Assembly (NCBI GenBank): GCA_000708835.1
Contig: DF237303.1
Span: 31,051-95,050, forward strand
Source of the DNA: Klebsormidium nitens
Lineage: Eukaryota; Plantae; Klebsormidiophyceae
Length of the DNA: 64,000 bases
Direction: 5' to 3'
The position numbers and the translations under genes were made by a program. Below, piece by piece: positions 11,301 through 22,000 of the stretch. Every line of letters starts with the position of its first letter. Position 1 is the first letter of the stretch. The notes under the pieces were generated by a model that was given only the letters and a program-made list of their open reading frames with translations, made no database searches and was not told the origin of the DNA.

Positions 11301-14064
11301 AGTGTCCGCCAGCGCCTGTTGAAGAACGGGCGCATGATTATTGCGCCATGACACTCTACGTATCTTGGACTCCTTCGCAAACGCCCTGAACGTCTTACCA
11401 GTGTTCCGAAGCTCGGTGGGTAGTAATTTTGAGTATGAAAGCAGGATTCGATAAAGCGTAACGACTTGGACTTGAATTTTGGACGTGGCTTCTGCGCTTC
11501 TGATTTGAACCACCGCGAAGAGCGACGATCTCTGAAAGACGGAACTAGTGGAGCGGACATCGCGTCTTTGCCTCTCCAGGATTTCCCGTCAACACGTATT
11601 AGCGGATTCCTAAGGTTGACAGTGTCGTCAAGAACCTGACGGCTTTGAAAAACAGAAACTACTCGTCACTTACAGCCTTCAAAAACAATCACACCTTTTC
11701 TCAAGTTTCCTTCTTGAAGACCTGAAGCAAGGCAACCCCTCACCTTCAGCTGTCAGGTCTCCAATCGTTTTTGGGTACTTGTCGGAGAATTTCCCTGTCT
11801 TCTGAGACTGCCGCCCAGAATCTTCTTCGAAACCGGTTAGGCTTGATGCATTCGAGATCGAGTACCACGATACGGTTCTCGATACTCCCACGGACGCCGC
11901 TATGACCTCACCTCGATCTTGAGGTTCTCGATCTGCTTCCACGTCCACGTGGCAAGAGAGTCCCCCACCCCCGGCGCACGCCGCGCATACTCCTCCCATG
12001 GGGGGTCGATCAGGATGACGTCAAAGCGTGTCCCAAACACGTCAGCGGACAGCTCCGTCTCGAGGAGGTCCATCTGGAGGTACATCGGGGGGGTGGCGCG
12101 CTCCGCTATCAAGCGGTCCTTGCGCTGGATCAACTCCTGCACGATGATACCAGCACGACGTCAGCAACTGTTGGCAAACAAGTGCTGTGTCATTCGAACT
12201 CTTCACCTCAGCTTGAGGAGGCTTGGATCAGAAACAATGAAGGAAAAAAGCGCATCCTCTAGGGTCGTCCGGTCCTAGAGCCGAAACAATCGTCTGCATA
12301 TTCTCTGAAGATCATATCAGCACACGACCAATTTCAAAGCCTTCGCGCCACAAAGTTTCGGTGCTGCAGTCGGTAGTTCATTATCTCACAATATCCTGAC
12401 TCCAAAGTGTGCATCTTGAAAAGGGTCCCACAAAGCTAGTCCTCCTCGTCACGCCCGAGCCAAACGAGAAACAAATGCCTTAAGGAAGAAGACAAATAAG
12501 AAAGGAAACCACTCTCACCTTGAGCTTCGGATACTCCTCAAACCGATCCGTCAGATCGACGTCCCGGATAAAGTTCTGCGGCCGCATCCCGGTATCTACA
12601 AAGTGCTGCGAATAATCATTCTGCTCCCCCCTCGACGGCCCTCTAACCCCAGGACCCTCCCCCCTTCCCGTTCCTATCATCGGCCCCCCTTCATCTCCAC
12701 CCCCCCGATCCATAAACGCGCCCCCTCCGGGGGGGAAGAAACCCCGTCCCATGGGCATACGCGGCCCTCCCATTTCCATCCCATCCGGCGGCCCCCCCCG
12801 CCCCCAAAACGGGGGCATATCCGGACCCCCCATAAACGGCGGGCCCCCTGCAAACTCCGCCGGAAACATTGGCCGGGGGGGTCCTCGCCCCAGCCCCCGG
12901 CCCCCCATCGGCGGTATCCCAAACCCCCGACCTGGCCCTAACCCTCGTCCAGGCCCCCCAAACGGTGCCATTCCCTGGCCGGGGGGGCCGCCGAAACCCC
13001 CCCTTCGGAAGGGGCTAGCGGCATTCCGTTCGGGCCCATCTCAGGGGGGCCCATGAAGCCTCGCCGGAAGGCCTCCTCTCCGGGGGGGAACATTCCAGGG
13101 GCAAAGTCTCCTCTGGGCCCCCCCCTGGCACCTCCAAATTCGCCCGGGGGGCCTCTCGGGCCAAACATGTGCCCCCCCCTCCCCCAGGACTCGGAACCCT
13201 CCCAGAAAGGGGGGGCGCCATGGCCCCCCCACGGCTCCCGCCCCCTCCAAGAGTCTTGCGGCTCGTCCGAGTCACTGTCGTCTCGGCCCCGATCCTCGCG
13301 GTGGTGCCTTTCGCCTGTGCACAAAACAGAAAAAGCGTTCGTACACACGCGAAACATTACAATCACTCGGAAGGAAAAAGCAGCGCTGTTGTATGCAACT
13401 GCTCATGCTGACAGAGCATGTCACATAAAGTAAAGCCCGATCAAGACTCTCGTATTACAATCCCGAATCGGCTTTGCCTCCAGCAAGTCAGAAGGAGCCA
13501 CGACCCTTACAACAGTTTGTGCTCAACACAATGCAAATGCTCCTGGAATGACCGATGGAATGGAAGCGAGCTCTAGAAATGCTGGCACACCACAGCAAAG
13601 CAAGAAAAGTTGCAAAGCAGACTATAAGCAGCTTTGTCAGGCATGCGCCCACTGGAATTGTTGGTCATATGCTAAGAAAGTTGACTGCAGAAAGTTACAC
13701 AGAATCCACCGCACAATGGCTCTCGACCATTACCAAGAAAAAGCAGAAGCTGCTTGAAAGTAGATGACGGAATTTTGTTTACGTAGAAGCAAAGTCTAGA
13801 ACTTTCCCCCAATTTGGGCAGCGACTCCGCACCACTGAGTAATCGCCGCTCACCTTTCTCCTTCTTCTTCTTTTTCTTCTTCTTCTTTGGCCCATCTTCT
13901 TCATGCCCGTTCCGCTCATCGCCCGAGTCATAGTCTTTCATCCTGTGGCCACGCTCAGACCGTCCCTCATCACCATGATAGTACTCCGCTGCCCTCCCTT
14001 CAAATCTGGCGTCCGGGTACCCTGGAAAGGCCCCATAAGCATCCGGCGGAAACCGGCCATCCAT
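8340..14064 (-). CDS. MTB: N6-adenosine methyltransferase subunit MTB (METTL14 orthologue, MT-A70 family), ~626 aa
   Basis: Exons 14064-13854, 13314-12519, 12136-11912, 11315-11232, 10779-10678, 10193-10085, 9037-8886 and 8540-8340, all GT-AG. Motifs: [128 protein letters not shown]. Exon 2 needs +1 nt for frame. The last exon has a possible extra donor (GTAAGA near 8382), so the C-terminus is less certain. Confidence 0.95.
9037..9450 (-). repeat. Tandem copies of the MTB exon 7 acceptor and exon start (3 echoes plus the real site)
   Basis: (Py)nCAG|GC(A/G)GCACGCGC...CTGTAC(C/T)ACAT, with the AG ending at 9038 (real), 9198, 9346 and 9436. Confidence 0.92.
10491..10533 (-). repeat. Intronic copy of the MTB exon 5 3' end and donor
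   Basis: TCCACCATCATGCAACACACCAAG|GT is identical at the real donor (10678/10677) and the copy (10494/10493). Confidence 0.9.
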
Positions 14065-14099
14065 CTACCTAGCAAGCAGCTGTCAATTGTGGCCCTCTA

Positions 14100-14421
14100 C
14101 CGTACGGCCAAGGTATGATTCCGAATGCTCAAAAATTGCAATTAATTTACAGAATGCGAGCCCAAATCTTGTATTATTTTCCGGAATCCGACCATAAATC
14201 CGAATGATCTGAAAGGTACCCAGGTACCCTCTTTTCCCACCTTTGTAAGGGTACCGGTACGTACCTTCAGTACATATGAGCTTCAATATCGCTTTCCGAA
14301 CAGGATTTGACCATTATTTTCCGTTTCCGAAAAAGCAGATTCCGAATGCTTATTTGGAGTTTCCAACTTTCCGAATGCAAATAATTATTTATTTATTCGG
14401 AATCATACCTTGGTCGTACGG
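14100..14421. mobile_element. MITE-1, non-autonomous Tc1/mariner-superfamily (pogo/Tc2-like CCGTA termini), 322 bp
   Basis: 27-bp terminal inverted repeats CCGTACGGCCAAGGTATGATTCCGAAT (14100-14126) and 14395-14421, 1 mismatch. TA on both sides (14098-99, 14422-23). AT-rich noncoding interior with several TCCGAA copies. Confidence 0.85.
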
Positions 14422-14695
14422 TATTATTACATCAATGCAGCGCTGCTGGAGAAGCCAGCCTTTGTCTTCAAGTCCCAGGGCCAACTCCTGAACTTGAAGC
14501 AGGCCACAGCCATTTTCAGCCTGCTGCCTCGCATTCATGACCTCCTTCCGAGTCAGACGACCCTGGCCCTGGATCGAAACGGCTTGTCTGCGCAATCGGC
14601 CCCTCATGAGCAGAAACTGGTTTGCCTATAAACCCCGTGGCAGTGTCAAGGGATGAAGGGAGGAGCAACGTCTTTTAGCCTAGGACGTCCTACTA

Positions 14696-15029
14696 CAGCA
14701 TTTTCAGGGCATGCTTCCCGGTTGCGTTCGATAGATAGGGTGTATTTAGCCTAAACTTAGGCTAAGTTTAGTGTAAGTTTAGTCACATCACAAGATTAAT
14801 TGACGTCATCTAAGAGAGTGATTGTGACACGTGGAAGAATCTGGCGCGTCAGATGGAACCTGTCCGGTGGTTCTACGGTTCGATGATCACCCCTGTTCTA
14901 CTTTGGCGGCTGCTACTGCGGAAAGATGTTCGATGACGTCAAAGCAATAGCTGAAGTATAGCTAAAATTTAGTAACTAAATAGACCCTATCTATCGATCG
15001 CAACCGGGAAGCATGCCCTGAAAATGCTG
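14696..15029. mobile_element. MITE-2, non-autonomous Tc1/mariner-superfamily (CAG...CTG termini), 334 bp
   Basis: 54-bp terminal inverted repeats at 14696-14749 and 14976-15029, 2 mismatches. TA on both sides (14694-95, 15030-31). No coding capacity. Confidence 0.9.
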
Positions 15030-16041
15030 TATTAAAGGTGGCGACTGAAACTACAGCTGTTTGCGTCAAACTTGCCATCGGGTTCCAGACTCTCGGAGAG
15101 TGGTTCCTGATCTTGGGCCGTTCGAGGCCTGCCTTGTCGTCGATCGAACGATCCAGGATCAGGGACCATGATCGGAGCATCTGAAACCCGATGGCAGGTT
15201 TAACGCAAAGAGCTGTACCGTAGGCTTCTCGACGTCTCTGCCCGCTTGAAGAACGTCATGTACACTACCCAACACCTTGACATAGATGGTTATATGTAAA
15301 CCCAGCACTAGGATTTCCAGCATCTTCGAATCAAAGAATGCCACGTGGAAAGATGATGCAATATCATTGGCTATACTGACCCGCCAGAATTTTAAATTCA
15401 AATTTGCCACTGTCAAACAGCACGACCGTCTGTACCTTGGAAAGCCCTATACATAGGGCTACCTAGCGGCTAGCCTAGGACTCGGAGCTGTTCCTAGACT
15501 TTGTTGGGTTCTAACTTCTACGTAGGTACCTTACCAAATTCCGCTTTGAGGTGTCTCCAGTTTCCAGAGTTCAAGTGTAAGCCTAGGACGTCTAAGAAAA
15601 CAGAAGCGCACCACCGCCACCAGTTGACCGACCTCATCATTGGCTGTGAAGTCTGCTGCCATATGCATCATTTATGTCGTCTTCACAGGCCTTGAGCAGG
15701 TGCTCAGACGGCGAATGACTTTAATATCGTCGTTGCATTCTTGGTAGACATGACCAGAAGGTAATTCGTGGATCGCTGAAGGGCATACAATCTGAGCAAT
15801 GAGGGACCAAAGAGCGCTCTTCGGGATCCAGGGATAAGATGCGCCATGGGCTGACTACGTGGCGTGCAATACGAATGTTATCAAGGGTCAGATACACTAG
15901 CTACAGAGTCACACTGGCATTAATCAGGGCCTCAAAATCCCTCCCTGCTTTGTATGGTCCGGAGCAGGCTCACAGAGGTCAGGTAGCAGACCCCTTCAGG
16001 CTTCAGTAAAGGCAATCTGAAGCGAAAGCTGCCTTGCAAGC

Positions 16042-19000
16042 ATGACTGCCCCTGCCCTGAAAGTAGGGTCGGCAATCCCCGGCTACAAGGGCTGCTTCTC
16101 CATAGAATCATTCATCGAGCGGAAAGGGGTCAAGATCGGCGGTAAGCGAAAGCACGTCGTGTTGCGCAGCGGCTCTTCTGATGGACGCTCGGGGTTTGGC
16201 GATATGGTGGATGGGAGATCGGGGTTTGTCAGCAACACAATGCCGGGGATGCGTATCCAAGCAACCCAGGCGTCTCCAGAGCTTCTCTTTGAGGGGCCCG
16301 GGCAAGCGCAGTATGTCATGAAGGTCAACCAGATCACTCTATTGCGCACAAAGTTCATGCATGAAGGTAAGAGACACTAGCTTTTGGCTATCAATTTGAT
16401 TGCATTGGAACTGTCTTTTTGGGAAACGTCGATGTGTGCTCTGCTATTCCAACCAGTGATTGCTTAATTGGGAAAAGTTGCTCGAAGAAGATGGGGGTTG
16501 AAGATCTGAGCAGATTCTTTGAGGGTTCAAAAGGCAGCTCAAACTCTTGCAGTAATGAAGAGGCCTTTCTCTGCAAAACAATATGTGCGAGGTGCAGCTG
16601 GACTTTTTAGGCCTCTATGAACTGGCTTTACACCATCGGTGACAACTTGTGCTCTTCTAGGGACACGTGCAATGTGGCTTTTGTTGAAAGCCAGCAATTT
16701 TTGAGGCTTCGTTTGATTGACATATCTGAACTCAGCTTGGCTTTAAACGCCTAGCAAGGGATTCTGGACTTTTGTATGACAAGAGGAATAATGTATCCAT
16801 TGTGGACGTTCACATCTGAGAATTGAGAACCAGGTGACTATGGAGCAACTACCTTGCTTCAAGTTTTACAGCATTGAATTAATTTTTGCTCCCAAATAGG
16901 ACCTAAAAGAGAGGCGGACATTTTTGATTCTGCAGGCAAGGCCACAATTGAAACTAAGGACATCAATGTGTATCTCACGACCACAACCCAGACGGACCTC
17001 TCCCGCCTCATTCACTGGATTGTGGACTTCAAAGGGAAGAAGAAGCCAGGAGCCACAGACCCCTGCAAGTCTTGCATTGCTTCGCACTCTGGAAAAGCGG
17101 CCAAGGAAGAGCAGAGGAAGAGGAAGAGGGACGAAAAGGAAGCCCAGGTGAGGCCCCACTATCCTTAACATCTGGATTAAGTCGAGTGTTTTTTATCATA
17201 GTCCCTCGTAGAAAGACTATTCCTGGTAGATAGGCACAAGGTGCATAAGCAAGGGGCGAAAGCATAGAAAGTAAGCTAGCTTGGCTCATGCACACACGCG
17301 CTAGATTTATGACGGCAGTATGACCGTGAATCTGTTTCGTGCCCTCAGCGTAAATCGAAGAACCTTCTCTGCAGCCAAAAAAACTCCTGCCAGTCCAAAC
17401 TGGACCGGTCAAGACATCTAGAAAGTTGTGGCACTGTACAGAATAAGAGGGCCTCCTTTGAAAGTCAGGTGTTATCGAGCATGCAAGGACCTCTGTAACT
17501 GCCACCTGAGAGGAGTGGTTCTTCACAGTTCTGTTGCAATGCTTCGCTGGCTGCGGGTGGAGAGTCCTTGCTCCTAACGTCAATTCCATTTACCAAGTCC
17601 ATAAGGATATCAAAATATTCAGTTGAAGGTGCTTTTGGCTTCTGAATCTCTTTCCAAAAACTAGTTCTCTGAGAATCTTTGTTCGTAACTAGCAAGCTGG
17701 AAATTCGAAACTGCAAAGCTTGGTTTGCAGTCCAAGAAAGAATCGTTCCTGACATTAACCCTGTAGTCCGTTGATGTCGAGGAACCTAACTTCAAGGTCC
17801 CTGAACAGAAAACGCATTATTCTCAGGGACACTGGAGATGCATCAATTGCAAAGACAACACCTGTTTCGCCTCCGGTTTATTGTTTCGGCGACTTTCAAG
17901 CTCTCTGTTGTCAGCAAACCCCGTGTAAGCACGGCTTTACTTGCACTTGACCAGCATCCTTACGAAGTTCGAAAACAACCAACCTCCTCAACGTGTTTAT
18001 TGACTTGGATAAAAGGGTTTAAGTTTACCGACTTTCATCGGCAGCTGGAGGAGGAGCGCAAGGCCAAGCTGCAAGTTCGGATGCGCAAGGAGGTGGAGAA
18101 GAAGAAGTTGGAAGATGAGAAGCGGGTCAAGAAGGAGACAGCGGATCGGCTCAAGAAAGTAGGTTACCCACATGAAATTTCGTAGATCTTGTCTTTCTTC
18201 GAGGTCCAAAACGTCTAAGTCTTGGGACTGCGTATTCTGCATTCCTCGTTGCTGGTGTTTGGGGATGTCAGTCCAGCGAAGTTGCCAAACGGTTCGTCAA
18301 TCATGTGGGCATCCGCGTATCAGGCTCCAATTGCTGCATTCCTGTCTCCCTCTCTACATCAAATGATTATCCCGAAGACACCTGTTAGCTCCTGAATTCT
18401 GTCGTCACTCTGTCGCCACTTGTTCGAATCGAAGTGAAGGACCTCTACGTGCCCATTGTGCGTCTCTTCGGTGGGTCTTTCAAGCAGTGAGCAATCGCGG
18501 GGGCGACATGATACACGCTGGTCCCTGAATACAGACTTCGAAACCGTCATGGCCGCTGGATTCGAGGCCAGACGGTTTCTCGTTTTTGCGTTGAAACTCT
18601 CAGTCAATCTACGGCAAGAATCTTGTGATGTGGTCTTCGTCGGAGGTCTCGTTATGTCCCACAAGTCTTATCATCCCGGCCTGTTTTGGAAGATGACTTT
18701 ACGAACGGAGTTGGCTGCCTTTCCTGTGTCTCTGACTGCTTCATGAAAGCCGATCAGCCGCCTTTGATATAGTCCTAAGACGGCCCGATTTGAATGAAGT
18801 GTTTCTGGACAATCCTCCAAAATGCAATGCAAAGCAGCAGTGTTGTTTGGCTGCCTTCGCGAGCTGATTGTCTCAAATGTCCATGTGCGATCTTTTGTCA
18901 GCCACAAAGAACACAGGATCAAAAGCAAACATTGTAAGTTGCTAAAGTGTTGTGGAAGACATGAAAGTTCTTGTAAGCACAAAGACATCGGAACACGAAG

Positions 19001-22000
19001 AATGGTGGACTGCGGAGGTGAAGCGATTGGTGCCCTTGAGAAAGAGAAGGCCAGCGAGTCTGGTCACGGTTCTCACACGACTTTCTGTGAGGTTCAGATG
19101 TTGTTTCAGTATAGCTTGGTAGCAAATGCAATCAACCAGGGAAATGAAGGGGGGGGATAAAGGACGGAGTCCAACTGAAAAATCTATTCAGATGCATCAT
19201 CTCTAAAACTGAACACGAGCGAAGTGTCGAGATGTCTGGGGAAAAGTGGGATCTACGTGATCCAATTGTGCCAAAGAGGCCTTTGCAGAGCTCCTTCTTG
19301 TGTGATTTTTCGAGTGCCCAACGATCCAGTCTTGTTTCATAAGTGATGCATCCATACCAACGCCCATCAGCGAAAACGCCCTGCGGGAACCGTGTCCTAC
19401 AAGAAGTTCAAGCGCCTGGAGAAGCAAAGCCTTCAGGTTTTTCAGGAGCTATTCTGGTTGCTAGGCAGGGTAGTAAGGCTTCTGAAAGCAGAGTCACGAA
19501 GATTAACTCTGTCTCTGACTCTTCCTACGTTCGGCAGCAGGCCAAGGAGACTCCAGATGGCGAGTCGATTCCAAATGGCTGTCTCCATTTGTCAAGTCAG
19601 GTCGCAAGCAATACCTGTTTCGGGATTGCTTATCATCTGTGTTCATTCGTTCGTTCTCAGGAAGCGGAGGAAGAGAAGCGGCGGAAAGCCGAAGTCGAGC
19701 GCGTCAAGCGGGAAGAGGCGGATCGGATCGCACGTGAGGAAGCAGAACGAGAGCGGAAACGGAAGGAAGAGGAGGAACGGATCAGGTCAGAGGTCGATCT
19801 CGTCGTGGCTGGTCTTTTTCCTGTAAACACTTCGGAGGCGAAGACATAATCCGTGCAGCTTCTACCGTCAAGTAGTGTTACTTCCATTTTGAAGTCGTTC
19901 TCTGTAAGGTCGCTACGTGTCTGCTTCAGCGTTCGGGCAATCAGAGTTGCTTAGAACGAGTCAAGAATGACTTTATGGGAAATGAAAGAGTCACGAGCAT
20001 TCATCTCAACAGTAGCTACACCGTACTCGTATGGCGGTACAAGGTTGCAGAGCGGACTGGCAGCGAGAAAATAGGAGCAGAACTTCATTTCAGTTGAACA
20101 TGCTTACGATCTCGAATCTTCTTGCTGCAGGATGGAGCTTGAGAGGAAGCGCAGGGAGGAAGAGGCGGAGCGGCAACGACTCGAAGCGGAACGGAAACGG
20201 AAGGAAGAAGAAGAACGGTTGCTCAAGTTGGAAGAAGAGCGGCTGCGAAGATTGGAGGAATTGAGAAGGTTAGAGGAACTGAGAAGGCAGGAGGAAGAGA
20301 GGCTCCGCAAGCTTGAGGAGGAGCGGAAACGAAAGGAGGAGGAAGAGCGGATACGGAAGGCAGAGGAGGAACGGAAGCGGAAGGCGGAAGAGAAACGGCT
20401 GAGAAAGCTGGAGGAGGAGCGGATAAGAAAACTAGAGGAAGAGAGAAAGAGGAAACTAGAAGAGGAGAGGAAAAGGAAGGCGGAAGAAGAAAGGCAGCGG
20501 AGAGCAGAAGAGGAACGGCAGCGGAACGCGGAGCAGGAGCGGCTGAGGCAGGCGGAGGAAGCACGGCGGAAGCAGGAAGCGGAAGAGGAACGGACCCGGA
20601 AAACGAGGGTGAGCTGCTCGATGCGAGGCACGCTTTGTTTCACATGCGATTCTGTTTTACATACTCAAGATCAAGGAAAGGGTTACCGCAAGCGAGCGTG
20701 GATCATGAGTGCAGGAGCACTTTCTGATCAGCTCTTTTGTTCGCTTCAAATAAAAGCTGAAGTAAGCGGCATCCCAAGTAGGAAACTTACCCTTTGTCTA
20801 TATTGGAATGTATCCTGTTAAGCGTGACACTGTGCGCCGTTAGCTAGCTTGGCAAGCCAGTTGTCCCGTGCGAAGTTATTGGCGCTGCTCTTTTGCCAAC
20901 TTGCCTTCTTTTCGACGATCTTAATCGCCAAAATTTATTTGGTGCCTCGCGTATACCCAGGATGCAAAAAAAAATGACTGACTAGTGGAAGCCTCCCGAA
21001 ATTCACACGGAAGTCTGCATAATCTCAGCATGAGCAGCTGGTCACGTCAGGACAGACATTATGAAGACATCGTTGAATGTGCTCAGAAGCAGAGGACTTA
21101 GGAGCGTCAATGACGGATACTCTCTTCAGGATTCGAAAGTGTGATTTGAACATCGTGCCCCCAGGTTTCTATACTCGCTTTCCAAATCCTGGGCTCTTCG
21201 TTGCTGAGTTCGGAAAGATAGACGTCAGCTTGACCCTGTGCTGATCTCAAGCCACTCAATCATTTACAAAGAAATGCAGAAAACAGATTTGTTATCCTTT
21301 TGCAGGAGGCGAAGGAGAGGCTGGCGCGCATGCAGGCCGAGGCCGAGCGGCAGCGCGAGCAGACGGCGACGGCGAAAGCTGCGGGGGTGAGCCCCGCCGC
21401 GCATTGTTTTACACTCACCGATCGCTTCTCTTCGTGAATGTGCACGCACTTCCGCACTCTTGCTCGCGCACTTTTTGCGAGCAGACGGCGGCGGCGAAAG
21501 CCGCGGGGGTGAGCTCCGCCGCTCGTTTCCGCGCACAATCTTACACTAGCCAATCGCATCCTTGCGCGAACCTGCGCACACTTCCGCACTCTTGCTCGCG
21601 CATTCCTTATGCCCTCTGAGTCGCACGCTCGAAGGACTCGAAACTTGCGGATTTGAACGCGTTGATGTTTTCTTGCTCGATCGAGCAGACCGGCAATTTT
21701 CCCGCTTTTCGGATGTTGGTCTTTGTTCCCATTTTCAAGCGGCAAGGAAGGTGCATGGAAATCTGAAAGCAGTCTTGGTGACAAGAACACAAGGGTTCCT
21801 TGCCGTCAAATGCTTGGGGGCCTTTCGCTTCAGGACCTTTTTCGGTCTCCATGACACCTGCTTGACTTGTGAGCTGTTGGCGCTGTTTTGTACCACTTTT
21901 CGCGAAACGCACCACTGCTCTTTGTACGCCTCTCGGTCCTCCTTATTGGGTCTTTCTGTTCTGTCGCCTGACGTCGGCCTCTTTGCGCCTCCGCTATACG

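Noticed and set aside
12603-13433. Several Pro/Gly-rich plus-strand ORFs
   Set aside because: They are antisense or off-frame shadows of the GC-rich MTB exon 2.
15443-15478. Hairpin AGCCCTAT-AC-ATAGGGCT followed by CTAG, like a Helitron 3' end
   Set aside because: None of the CTAGs is followed by the expected target T, and there is no 5' TC end or Rep/helicase remnant.
20104-20643. Ser/Phe/Arg-repeat minus-strand ORFs, and similarly 2827-3646 on the plus strand
   Set aside because: They are antisense shadows of Glu/Lys/Arg-rich coding exons.
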